Below, piece by piece: positions 38,465 to 51,262 of a stretch of DNA of 64,000 nt. The stretch lies in NCBI RefSeq assembly GCF_001194135.2, contig NC_069004.1:16180754-16244753 (forward strand). Direction: 5' to 3'. Each line of letters opens with the position of its first letter. Within the stretch, counting starts at the first letter, position 1. The stretch comes from Octopus bimaculoides (taxonomy: Eukaryota). The position numbers and the translations under genes are program-made. The notes below the pieces were generated by a model. The model searched no databases, was not told the origin of the DNA, and saw only the letters and a program-made list of their open reading frames with translations.

Positions 38465-39586
38465 TGTTATGGCAAGAATCATGACACTCCCTGTGAGAAT
38501 GGACTAGCCAAACTCGTATAAGTAGCAGCGTGTTTGACTGAGAGGGAGAAAAGAAAAATTGCAGGAAGTTGAAAGGTGATGTTCATGAATTCATGGAGTC
38601 ACAGGAAATTGTTGAGGAGTTGTTATAGTTTGTTGAGAGTTGTTTTGGATTGGTTACAGTTGTTAGCAGAGTATTTTGGAATACATCAAGTAGAGACAGT
38701 TGGTGTCCCCCCCCCCATTCCATGTTATTGTATATCACACTGTTATTAGTGCATGACACTAAGGTGACATATACAGGAACCACATTATAAAAGTTGTGAT
38801 GAGTTGATTCGAGGCTTATATTGGTCATTAACAATTTTTTATGAAACAAAAAATTCACTAATTATGGAAGACCTATTAGCTGGCATATTACATTTGCAGA
38901 AGCAGCAGAAACAGGAGTTAGAGCAACAACTACAACACAAACAGTTGATGTAGTCATAGTTAAAGCACTCAGGAAACACTGCAAGTTCATTTTCGCCAAG
39001 TGGCATAGCGAATGCTATAACAGAATTTAGTTATAACCCAGAAGAGAGTATAACATTTTTGGCATACTTCAGAAGATGTGATAGAAATCTTCAAGGAAGA
39101 ATGCAAGTGTTGGATGGACAATGAAAAAGTGAGACTACTGTTATGAAAATTAGCTCCTTCAGAACATGAAAAATACTGCAATTTTATCCTGCCTAAAAAA
39201 ACAAGTGAAATTTGTTTCGAGGAAACAATTGAATTGCTATCCAAAAGGTTCAGAGATAAGGAGTTTCCTGTTTAATACTCACTGGGGGTGTTTGAAGGAA
39301 TATTTTGTCAGTTATGCTGGAATCGTAAATAGAATGTGCAAAAAATTTAAAAACTGAAGGAATTATCTCCTGACATGTTTAAATACCTCATCTTTGTGCA
39401 AGGTTTGGCAGCAAACACAGATGCAAAAATACATGCACAAATTCTTACAAAACTAGAACAGGAAGACCAGAATTTAACCCTGCAGGCAGTAGAATAGGAA
39501 TGTCAAAGAATTATCAACTTGCGACAGGATGTAAAGAAAATTGAAGAAAAAAATTTCTTTCAAGTACAGACATGTCAACCTCCAGG
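38465..39586 (+). mobile_element. Ty3/Gypsy element: putative 5' LTR (38465-38784), PBS remnant and degenerate gag
   Basis: TGT...ACA bounded segment, then GTTGTGATGAG (decayed TGGCGACGAG-type PBS). Gag remnants EFSYNPEESITFLAYFRR, EKVRLLL.KL...HEKYCNFILPKK, FKYLIFVQGL. Confidence 0.75.
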
Positions 39587-39631
<45 letters not shown>

Positions 39632-39636
<5 letters not shown>

Positions 39637-40340
39637 AATTTTTATTTTGTACCCCCAAAACTGTGTTCTGTATCCGATACTAGGATGTCTGGGACACCGT
39701 ATCATGCAAAAAGTTCATGAAGGAACCTTATTGTTACCTTCAAGATTGGTTGACTGCATATCTCTGGCCACTTGGTATAGCTGTCTACTATGATCAAGTA
39801 ATATGTGCAGTTAACTGATCCAGCAAAATCTATATGTAGCCTGGATCATGGACTGTCTGCCTTTGGCCACAATTGGAATTTCACTGGTGGTGACTTTGCT
39901 GCAAGAGCACAACCTCTGCAAGGTTTCATCAATTTGTTCAATATCACAGTCCATAGTAGGCCAATGCACGTAACTCCTCAGTACTGATTTCATTCTTGAA
40001 ATCCTTGAATGTCCCATATGAAATTCACTTAATACACACTTTTGTAGTGAGGCTGGCACTACAACTCTTTGTGCATATATCAATACATTATCACACAGAG
40101 AAAAATGGTTCGCATTTGTGTTAGACATATTTTTATTTTCTTTTTCCTTCAACATTTCTTTCATCTTTGCAATTAATTTGTCTTTCTCCAATTTTAATTT
40201 TATTTCTTGAACAGTTACTGGCAGCTCCCAAATGATGTTACACAAAATGTTTTGCTATTTCATTTTCCGCTTGCAATGCAGCAATCACGGTATCTTTGAA
40301 TAGTTCTGTATTTTGGGGAATTAGTATCTGGTGAGTGAGG
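39632..40340 (-). mobile_element. Ty3/Gypsy pol fragment (RNase H linker, integrase Zn-binding and core start)
   Basis: RVVVPASLQKCVLSEFHMGHSRISRMKSVLRSYVHWP; SRLHIDFAGSVNCTYYLIIVDSYTKWPE; TIRFLHELFA.YGVPDILVSD. Confidence 0.85.
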
Positions 40341-40344
40341 GAGT

Positions 40345-42020
40345 TTGAAGAGCTGTGGGGCCCTTGAAACCCAAACTGTTGCAGTAACTGATCCTGTATC
40401 TTGATGGGGAAGTTGAAACCTTTGGCACTATGAAGTGGCACCCTATTCTGTTGTGTGTGTAAATTTCAAACTTTCAATACCAAAGTTTAATACAAGCCCT
40501 TCCAAGATTTTCCAGATGTATATCACTGCATATCTTTCCTGCTTTCATTCTAGGGAGTAGAGTCTTAACTTTTACAGCCTTCCCCAATAGCTGACACTTT
40601 GTGTTGAGATGATTTTCTTTGTGTAGCTTCACTGGATTTCTTTGTGTAGTTCCACTGTAATTTTATACTGTGTGGTGACCATAGTTGGGAGCAGTAGTCA
40701 AAGTGACTGAAGACATATGTCTTCCAGAGGACCATCATAGTTTCCTGCTCTCTCATGCTGAAAGTTCGGAGGATCCTTCTGGCTAGCTGTTTGCATTTTA
40801 TTGTCAAATTTGTAACATGCATCTGGAAAGATGCATCATTACTTATCTCAGTGACCTGATCATGCACTGATTTTGATTCAGGGTTGCAATCACTTTTGGA
40901 CCAGTGTATCCTGTCTGCACTCCATTCAACTTTGTGTACTGTATATTATATCCAACTTCTGTTGCAGGTGCACAATATTTCCTGGGTTCTGTATCCTCTG
41001 AGAGACTTTTGTGTCATTTGCATAGCTAGCAAAGGTGGCTATCTGATCAACTGAGGGCATGTCTGAGAGGGCCATTATGAATAGCAGTGATCCTAAGACA
41101 GTGTCCAGTGGAATTTCACTCACTATTTGTTTCCTTAGAGGTGGCTCCATTGGCCACCACTACCTGACTTTTACCTTTTAGAAAGTCATGTAGCCACTCT
41201 CTAAGTTTTCTGACTATTCTGAGATCATGCAGTTTGTGACATATATCATGGTTGACTTTATCAAAGGCTTTTGCAAAGTTAAGATATATCATGCCTTCAT
41301 TTGAGTTGTTGAGCAGCTGCTTTAACACTCAGTTGTAGTGCTGTAAGAGCTGTGTCATGCAGCTTCTCCCTGTTGAAAGCTGTGCTGGGTGTCAATCATC
41401 AAGTCATTCTCTTCAAGGAAAGTAATTAGTTTCTTGTGGACTATTCATTCCATGACTTTGCTGATGTGTGAGGTCAGAGAGATAAGCCTGTAATTTTTAG
41501 CATCTGCTCTGCTTCCTCCTTTGTGAATAGCGTATATATTATTCTCTCCTTCAGTTTGCCTGGGAGCTTACCACTTGCAGGGAAGCTCTGAAAAAGAAGC
41601 TGCAGTTGTTTTGTGAGGACTCGGTTACATGATTTGAGATGGATTGCTGGGAATCCATCAGTGTCAGCAGCTAAGTTTATGTTAATCTCATCTTTGCCCA
41701 GTATTACATCTTCACTAATGTTGATGTAATCAATTATTATGTTGTGGCAAAGAACTCTGCTGGTTTGTTCACTTGCCTGTATCCCAAGCGGGTAGTGAAA
41801 GCACTTTTGAACTATTTGTTCAGTATTTCACTTATCCTCATTGGGTTTTCTATGAGGGAGCTATCCTTTTGGAAGAGGAGCCCTATATTGTAGCATACTG
41901 AGGCTAATTTAGTATTTTCTGTAACCCAGGTCTCCTTGTCTGCTCTTTCTTTTTCATGGGATCATTGTAGATTTTTCTTAATTTGCAACACTGTTATTTT
42001 CAGGTGGGACTTTTCAGTAC
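40345..42020 (-). mobile_element. CR1-group LINE ORF2 (RT) remnant
   Basis: YLNFAKAFDKVNH, EIPLDTVLGSLLFIMALSDMP, SYANDTKV (YADD decayed), ILRTFSMREQETMMVLWKTYVFSHFDYCSQLWSPH. Confidence 0.85.
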
Positions 42021-42027
42021 ATTTGAG

Positions 42028-42138
42028 GTGTAAAAACAACTGGTACTGTTATATGTATTACAGATCGCTCACTAGATGCTCCAAATCATACAGGCGAGTT
42101 TGAAGACTGCCTCACAAAGATACCAGTTGTTTTTACAC
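42028..42138. mobile_element. 111 bp MITE-like element with perfect 18 bp terminal inverted repeats
   Basis: GTGTAAAAACAACTGGTA (42028-42045) / TACCAGTTGTTTTTACAC (42121-42138). Confidence 0.6.
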
Positions 42139-43164
42139 ACACACACACACACATTCATAATATGATATGCTTTCATGCAGTTTCCATCAATCTGATGCTA
42201 CATTTGAAGACACTTGCTCAATGTGCTGCAGACCAGGATGTAACTTAAAGTCAAGTAGTCCTGAATCCAACTTCTAAACTGTTTTAGCATCCTTTCCATC
42301 ATGTTTGCCTCTGTATAAGTTAAATTTACAAGACTTGATTGTTGTGATGAATGGTGTTTTAAAGAAAATGTTAATGTATTCGCTAACTTTGCATCAAAGA
42401 AATCTTGTTGGAATTCTTGCTCACTTCCACCATTCTTAAAACACCTGTTGCTTCTCAACATTATACTAAATTATTGTAATCAATCACTGACTTAGCAGCA
42501 AGTATTCTTTTGGAGTTTTCTCTGTTTCATAATAGTTCTTTAAATTATGTCTGAATATGGAAATATTGACATATTTTAACTATTTTTAAGTATTAGAGCA
42601 GCTGGCAACAACTGAGTGACATTGAAAGTTATTTGGTAGCAATAATTATTTGTGTAATAAATTGGATTCTTTTAAATTGCTTCATCTTTGTTCCTTCATG
42701 TTAACTCTTGGAAAGGCTGTTTGTGTTGCTCTGTATCACCAGGCAGTTTTTGGCATGTTATTTGATGAGATGTGATCCACAAATCCATTGTTATAATAGT
42801 ATTATATATCCTACAAACTGGAGGATCACACTGCATTTTACTCATTGCTTAGTCTCTTTGTATGCCTAAAAGTTTGTAATGGTATTTTAGTAGTTTAGGA
42901 GATGGTTTTACATATGAATTTCTTACATGTCCAGTTTGTTCATTTTTAACATTTTTGTTTCATTGTATAGGTAGTCTTTGTATGACTGATAATGAGAGAA
43001 ATCATGCTGTTTTGTCTTCTTTGCAAGTTTTATTGCTGCTGCTGCTGTTGTTTAGCCCCATGTCAGCTCTCGTCATGCAGACCCATGATCAAAAGCAAAC
43101 TAGTGGAAATCTAGTTTCAATTTCTATACAAGACAGTGTACTTCATTAAAATCACTCTAGGGTC

Positions 43165-44800
43165 AGGTTGTGGTGTTAAACTATCTTCCCAAAGATAGTT
43201 TAAGATCTGAAAAGATATATTATTTGGGTGCTTTTAGTATAATTACTCCTGTATTCTGTAAGTCTTCCTTCTCTGTCACTCTTTTTTTGATCCAATTGCT
43301 TATCTTGTGCACTAATAGTTTACGTTGGGTACACCATATAGAACTCCTACCTACTCCTTTTCTGTGTATTGAGTATAACCATTTTCCAGATAGCACTAGA
43401 GTCCTGCCTTTTTTTTTTTTTCTTGCCAACTAAAATTTTTGCTTTTGAAAGTTTTACTTTGATGCCTCTTGAATCTAGATTTTGCTTCCATATTTTGATG
43501 TTTTCTCTGGATCTTTGCCAGATTCAGCTATTTCCATAGCTGGGTCATTGTTACACACAAATCCCTTGGACAACTGATCTAAACTCTTAGAAAACTGTAA
43601 TAAACAGCATCTATCTGCACTCTTAATTCCTCTCTAAATTTATCAGTTTTTTAATATGCTGACTGCATATCTGGATATGGCTTGCATATCTTCCACAAAC
43701 CATTCATCTACACCTAGTTTTGTTAGCGAATTCTGGCACAAACTCAAACTGTATCTCATCTAAATTAATTCTCATTTTACTTTCATAATTTGGGCCAGTT
43801 TGATGTCCTTATAAAGGATCTTGTGTGCCCTTGTAGCAACTGATGATGATACTGCTATACAATTCATTGTGTATGACTCATCCTTCTACTATGTAAATGG
43901 CTATGCATAAGTTGGGATAGCATGTCTTTTACTCTGCTAAATATTTTTAGCCTCACTGTAACTGTTCTTGATAGTCCAGCTACTTTTCCTGTTTTCATTT
44001 TCTTAACTGTATGCTTACCCATATGACTGTTAATTTCAATAGCTGGTCCTTCTGTTGGGTCTACTTGGACCTGGTCCGCTATCTCTAATGTAGTCTTTTT
44101 GTTCAACGACCTTTTGTGGTAATATTTCTCTTTTTTTCTAATTGTCGGTGATGGCAAATACATTGTTATCATTCTATATATCTGTTTTGCCAGTGATTAT
44201 CTTGATTTGTGCTGATATATTGCTTCACAGTTTGAAACATCTCTGATCTTCTCATTATAAAATATTACATTCAGCTTTTCTCTGTGTTATATACACCTGA
44301 TGTCTGACATCTTTCTTAGCAGCCTGGTATTGCTTCATACTTCTCTTCCAATCTTTCTAGGTTTGTCTTGTAGCCTTTATGGATCTATCTGTTGAACATT
44401 CCACCACCAAGTCATCATCTGTCTGTTAGAATCTTGCTCCATCCATACATGTGGTCTGTGGATTGCAGCAAGTAAAAATTTCTAGTTATTCTCTATAAGT
44501 CTCTGTTTCCTCTCATTTCTTGTGATACTTGTCAGTTAATATTTCTTTAACCCTACATCTAGCTGGGGACATTTAAACCTCTATTCCTTCTCTAGGTTGT
44601 CTTATGTCATAAAGTCCTACCTATTACCTTGATATCACTCATCTGTATTGAGTAGCAAATTTTTCACTGGGGAAAAATATTTACAAGCTGTTATCCTGTT
44701 TCCTAATGAAGTATTCCTTTCTTGCATGTTATCATTCATTGATGTTAGATACTCCTATGTGACCACACCACTGCCATGCACAACACTAACATAGTGTTAG
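43165..44800 (-). mobile_element. Highly degenerate RTE LINE
   Basis: SGKWLYSIHRKGVGRSSIWCTQRKLLVHK; TVKKMKTGKVAGLSRTVTVRLKIFS (MK.GKAPGPSG motif). Confidence 0.7.
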
Positions 44801-46262
44801 TCCTGTTATTGTTTCTTTCTCATTGTATTTGTTGTAACTTATCATTTTGGAGTGATGTTGTTGGCTGGATACCTTTCCTGTTACCAGCCAGTTTAAAGCC
44901 AGCTTAGAATTAGATGTATTTTATAGTGCTACCAGTACTAGATAGATTGTCTGTCAGCATTAAAATTTCCCCTCTACACAGTATCATATTTTATTTAGAG
45001 TTACTGCTCTTCTGGATGGGTTGCCTTTTTTGCAACTTGTAGAGACCATATTTCCATTATGCAGAATTACATTCAGTTACTGCTTTCCTAGTTAGGATGT
45101 CTTCTCTGTGGTTGAGGAACCACATCAAGCCAACTTAGAAAAGACTACAGAAGTCTCTTGGATCAGTTTTTCTACATGAAATATTCTCTCACTTATCTAG
45201 AGCTCAACCTTCTAATATAGTAAGCAACATCTCATTCTGTAATACTTAAAAACTGAATTACTACCCTCTGTAGTAAATGAATAATGCATTTCAGTCCTTA
45301 AACCTAAGACAACATTCCCTATACAGACATTGAATGCTGACCTGATAATAGACTTTGATCCATAATCAACTTTGGTATACTGACAGTTTGATTGGTTATT
45401 TCTATACCATAGGTTTATTGATTAATGTCTTAATTATAATCTTAATTGCTTTCTGCTATTCTCATGGATCTTTTTTCTTTTCTCATTGATTGTTTACACA
45501 ACCACAGTCTCCAGTAGCAACTCCCGGTTGTCAATTTTAGCATTTGTGCAACAAATCACTTTTACAATGTCTTCACCTTTTCAACAACTTCAAGTATTCC
45601 TACTCCAGTGTATTCTTGCTGCATCATGGCTATTATAATGTTGCTGAAATTATAGAAGTCTCATAACATGTTATGTTGAAATTTATTGTTCAGTGATCTG
45701 TAAAGACAACGAATATTACAGCATTATTTCATAATCCAGGTAAAAAAAAAAAAGATGAGAAAACTAGTTAGTTGCATGTTGATTATATAGTAGAATTTCA
45801 GAAATACTGTCTTCTACTACTAGGTTACACTGTACTCTACAATTTTATACTTTAAATCCTTTAATACCTATGTTATCAATATGCAGAAGTAAAAGAACTT
45901 TTCTCTTGCTTTTTTTCCTTGCTTATTTAAGAGTAAGGAGTAGGATATAAAAATGAATCATTTTTGTTTTATATATAAGTTATTGAAGTATCAATAATCC
46001 CACAGCCACGAGATATTATTTAGAATCACTTGCATGCAATAATGTTTACTTAAGTGTAAAGAATCCCTAGAATTTGTCCATGTTTTCAATTTTATTTTCT
46101 TCCCATTATACATACTGATATCATCATCATCATCATATATATATATATATATATATATAATTATGTGTATTTCTTCTATCTTAATGAATAAAAATTCTTC
46201 TGATAGAATAAATGGGTTAATAGAAACCAATTATAACATGCGTTTTCTCCAATCCTTAAATT

Positions 46263-46306
<44 letters not shown>

Positions 46307-46368
46307 TACTGTTAATAAATGTCATGTGTGTGTTACATTCTGTTACTTAATAGATGAAAAATGCATTG

Positions 46369-46553
46369 TAAATAAGTGATAGATAAAAAACGTATACGTA
46401 TAAGACACAGAGGTTCCCTAATTCTTCATCAGTTATCAACCAAAATGGTAATACTCAATTTCGCACCATTAATGATACAAAACTGAGTTGATAATGGATG
46501 AAGAACTAAGGACTCTCTGTGTCTTATATGTATATATACATTTTTTCTGTCAT
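46369..46553. repeat. ~185 bp imperfect palindrome
   Basis: TATAAGACACAGAGGTTCCCTAATTCTTCATCAGTTATCAAC versus GTTGATAATGGATGAAGAACTAAGGACTCTCTGTGTCTTATA; CTGATGAAG reads outward on the left arm. Confidence 0.8.
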
Positions 46554-47094
46554 TACACACACACACACACCCACCTTTCTCAGCAAACTAGTGTTACTTC
46601 CTGTTGCTATATCTAATAGGCTAATTAAGGTAAAATTATCTTTGAATGACAGGTATAACTATTGTTAGTGTTTATACTTCTATGATGACAGACAAGCAGA
46701 ATATGGAGGAGGTTTTCTTCAATGCACTACGCAGACTGTGTTCCAGTACCAATAACCAACAAGCTGATTGTTCTGGATGATTTTGATGGAGATGGATTAC
46801 TATTAGACTTGCAGCACTGCTGTTAGGTCATTTTGGAAAAAAAACAAAAAAGCTATTGACTGCAACAAAGCAACTTTTACTTGAGCTCTACATAAAAAAA
46901 AAAAAAGTTCCAGATTTGACAAACATCTAGCTTCCTGATAGGTTGTTTTACAGCTGGCAACATCTGTGTAAAAAACAGTGGCATTTGTTGGAGTACAGGT
47001 GTGACACCTTGGGCAAGTGTCTTCTATAGCCTCAGGCCAGTCAAAGCCTTGTGAGTGGATTCACTAGATGGAAACTGAAAGAAGCCCATCACAA

Positions 47095-47548
47095 AAAAAT
47101 ATATTTATTAAAAATAAAAAATATTGCTTTTTATATTACATTCACATCTTTGAAAGTTTTAAAAATATTTACTTCTGGTCTTCTAGCATCAGTGACGTAA
47201 CATATCTCTTTATGTATATCGCTCTATCCTTCTGTAACATATCTCTCTATATCTCTTGTTTTCACTTTCATTTTTCAGATGCTATTCTTTTCACTTCCAA
47301 TTTTCATACGCCATTGTTTAACTTCCACGTTATTGTTTTTACTGTAAGCCTAAGTTTTCAATCGCTATTTACAAATAAGCAATGACAAATTACTGACAAA
47401 TAATGAAATTTTAAAACGCACAGTTGCAGAGTTACATAGAAAGTTGGTATCTCAGCTACTAGCAGTTGACACCTGCGTAATCTAGACTGCGTTTTAAAAT
47501 TTCATTATTTTCTTTAACCCAGGCAATGCTGGGTATTTCTGCTAATAA
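47095..47548 (-). mobile_element. Helitron-like non-autonomous element with internal 20 bp perfect inverted repeat
   Basis: Minus-strand start TTAGCAGAAATACCCAGCATTGCCTGGG is related to 38142; TAATGAAATTTTAAAACGCA (47401-47420) / TGCGTTTTAAAATTTCATTA (~47488-47507). Confidence 0.5.
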
Positions 47549-47666
47549 TGTAATATGAATAAATGTCAAATGTTTTAGTGCATGACTTTTGACTCACCCT
47601 ATTTATTAAGAAAACAGAGGTAGTCAGGATTTGGATAAAAACTATTTATTTAGTACTTTCATACAG

Positions 47667-47728
<62 letters not shown>

Positions 47729-47976
47729 TGTGTTGTATTGTGTTCTTGAGCAAAACATCTCATTTCACATTGCTCTGTGATGATTTTGTCATCTGACATG
47801 TAGTACGTTGTGCACCTGTACAGGTAATGTTGATTTGATGGAGGGAGTGAGCCTATGTGAACACAAATATTTACTCACTGTAAACAAATCATCTGTGTAA
47901 GATGTTCAGAAAGAAATTGCAGAACCCTCATATGTCATCTAATAACAGAAAAGTCCATGGTGTATTTGTATGTGTA

Positions 47977-48018
<42 letters not shown>

Positions 48019-48221
48019 TGAGAGTATATATGTGTGTGTGAGTGTGAGAGAGAGTGTATGTGTGTGTATGTATACTTCGTTTTTGTAACTGGTTTGCATG
48101 ATTCTTGATGTGAATTCGTGTGTTGAAACAAATTTTGTTGTGTCTAGGGAGAGTCATTATGCCAATATTATTAACACACACTGGTTCAATTCCACTGGAA
48201 CACAGTGTTGGGAGGAGAAAT

Positions 48222-48255
<34 letters not shown>

Positions 48256-48267
48256 GTATATATGCAT

Positions 48268-48405
48268 GGTAAGAAGCTTGCTTCCCAACCACATGGTCCC
48301 CAGTTCAATCCCGCTGTGTGGCACCTTGGGAAAATGTCTTTTATTATAGCCTTGGGCCGCCCAAAGCCTTGTGAGTGGATGTGGTAGACAGAAACTGAGA
48401 GAAGC

Positions 48406-48462
<57 letters not shown>

Positions 48463-48590
48463 ATATTTATGCATGTGTTTGTCCCCACCCCCACCATTGT
48501 TTGACAGCTGATGTTGGTGTGTTTACATCCCCATAACTTAGCGGTTCAGCAAAGGGGACTTATAGAATAAGTACTAGACTTACCAAATGT
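48268..48590 (+). mobile_element. SINE family B, near full-length
   Basis: TGGTAAGAAGCTTG...CAGTTCAATCCC head; body matches the reverse complement of 9300-9645. Confidence 0.85.
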
Positions 48591-49534
48591 GTGTGTTTAT
48601 ATATCTGTATATATGTGAAGTTGTGATTTGAAAGATATTTGGTTCCTAGTAGACTGAGCCACTTCATAAGACAGTTTCTTCATTAGTTTGTAGTAGTAGT
48701 AATTATTGCTGCTCAATTCCATTTGGTCAGCTGTACATGACACAAAGGCAGCTGATCAAATAATTAGTACCAGCATGGAAGTTCAAACGTATATTGTTTA
48801 ATTTTTGTTGTTTTGGTTCCATCATCAGTTTCTCACAAGATTGCTAGAAAACTCATGCTCATACAAGGTTTGAACTCTGCATGTTTTGGTTTGTGCAAAC
48901 AAACTTTTTTCAATTATATCATCATCCTTGGTGAGCTGAGTTATATGAAGAGTTAAATGTTGTATAGAGAAACACAACACATGTGTAAGAATCTCTACTT
49001 TGTTGTTCACTCTGCTTGAAATAGCAGCCAAATCACCTCAAATCACATTCATTCATTCTAGAAATAGCAACCAGTCTCCTTCAAAGAATCCACTACCATC
49101 TTAAAATGGAGAAGACATTATGAATAATGTGATTTTAGATTGTAGAATAAAAAATGCAATGTTGACAGCTGAAATGTCTTTGATCATAAGATTGTTAAAT
49201 CGAGGCCAAACGGGCTAAACAACAAATGAACATCCTAAAATGAAACCAGTGAACCAAACAGTGCAATATCTTATGTCTCTTTAGTTATTTTTTTTTCTTC
49301 TCTAATGATGATTAAATTATAGCAATGATGAAATAACCTCATCATCTGTAAGACTAGATGTGCAATAATTCATTCCTAATTATTATTTCTATGGCTGTTT
49401 TAGTTTCACTCTTATTAATGTTACAATATTAATGTCAATATAAACGTTCACTCTTAATTCTTTCCCCACTCCACCGCAATTTCATTACTCTAAGGCCTCT
49501 TAAGAAACTGTCAATTATATTTGCCACTTTGTTG

Positions 49535-49594
<60 letters not shown>

Positions 49595-50237
49595 NNNNNN
49601 NNNNNNNNNNNNNNNNNNNNNNNNNNNNNNNNNNNNNNNNNNNNNNNNNNNNNNNNNNNNNNNNNNNNNNNNNNNNNNNNNNNNNNNNNNNNNNNNNNNN
49701 NNNNNNNNNNNNNNNNNNNNNNNNNNNNNNNNNNNNNNNNNNNNNNNNNNNNNNNNNNNNNNNNNNNNNNNNNNNNNNNNNNNNNNNNNNNNNNNNNNNN
49801 NNNNNNNNNNNNNNNNNNNNNNNNNNNNNNNNNNNNNNNNNNNNNNNNNNNNNNNNNNNNNNNNNNNNNNNNNNNNNNNNNNNNNNNNNNNNNNNNNNNN
49901 NNNNNNNNNNNNNNNNNNNNNNNNNNNNNNNNNNNNNNNNNNNNNNNNNNNNNNNNNNNNNNNNNNNNNNNNNNNNNNNNNNNNNNNNNNNNNNNNNNNN
50001 NNNNNNNNNNNNNNNNNNNNNNNNNNNNNNNNNNNNNNNNNNNNNNNNNNNNNNNNNNNNNNNNNNNNNNNNNNNNNNNNNNNNNNNNNNNNNNNNNNNN
50101 NNNNNNNNNNNNNNNNNNNNNNNNNNNNNNNNNNNNNNNNNNNNNNNNNNNNNNNNNNNNNNNNNNNNNNNNNNNNNNNNNNNNNNNNNNNNNNNNNNNN
50201 NNNNNNNNNNNNNNNNNNNNNNNNNNNNNNNNNNNNN

Positions 50238-50284
<47 letters not shown>

Positions 50285-50329
50285 CATACTGCATTGCTTC
50301 TTTCCAGGTAAACTGATATCTAACTGATC

Positions 50330-51262
50330 AAAGAAGACTTAAGTTTTTGATAAACAAGAGTTTCTTCAACCCTTGTCACCACCAAAGAAAATATTGATCT
50401 TGTTCAGCACATGCTGATGGATGACAGATGATTGACTATAAATCAAATAGCCAATGCTTTAGTATATCCTGTGAGAGAGTTGAGAATTTTCTGCCTAATG
50501 AACTTGGCATGATAAAGGTTTTGGCTTAGTGGGTGCCACGTCTTCTGACACCTGATCAAAAGTGCACCAGGTTGATCACATCATTGCAAAATCAGACATT
50601 GTTTGAAGCAGGTCCAGCTGGTTTCCTTGAACATTTCCTAAGCCAGGATGAGTGTTGGCTTCATGAGCCAAGGACAAAGAGACAATCCATGCAGTGGAAA
50701 CATCCCTTCTCACCTGCTCCAAAGAAGTCCAAGATCATTTTATCTGCAGAGATGATAGCCTCAGTATTTTAGGATGCAAGAGGCATTGTGTTTATTGACT
50801 ATCATCAGTAGCACCATGCCATCAATGGAGAGTACTATGCCAATTTGCTGAGGCAGTTACAAAAGACTGTCAAAACCAAATGCTTTGGAAAACTGATGAA
50901 AGAGGTCTTGTTTTATGAGGACAATGCTCCAGCACTCAAGTTCTTGGTTTCAATGGTTACCATGTGTGACTGTGGATTTGAACTGGTTAAACAGACTCCC
51001 ATTTCTCCTGATTTGTTCCCCAACAGGAAAAAAGCACTTGAGTGGGAACCAGTGTTGCAGTGTTGATGATGTCATATTTGCTGTTGATGATTGTTTTGAC
51101 CCACGGGATGAACACTTCTTCACCGATGGGATCCAAGTGCTGCAATACTGATGGAAGAAGAGTGTGGACCACAAGGGCGATTGTGCTGGAAAATAAACTT
51201 CTTTTGATCACATTCCATGAGCGTATCTTCGTCAGCATATGAACTTTTCAGCCAACCCTTGT
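50330..51262 (+). mobile_element. Mariner transposase remnant (DD34D region) with 3' TIR
   Basis: WVPRLLTPDQK, SMQWKHPFSPAPKKSK, DARGIVFIDY, INGEYYANLLRQL, LFYEDNAPA; terminus GAACTTTTCAGCCAACCCTTG. Confidence 0.85.

Noticed and set aside
42028-42138. Possible fifth hammerhead fold-back
   Set aside because: Only the 18 bp termini are inverted and no CTGANGA/GAAA pair can be placed; kept as MITE-like.
1297-50327. Long ORFs in the track made of X, YI, ER, LS or HT runs
   Set aside because: They are translations of N gaps and dinucleotide microsatellites, not genes.
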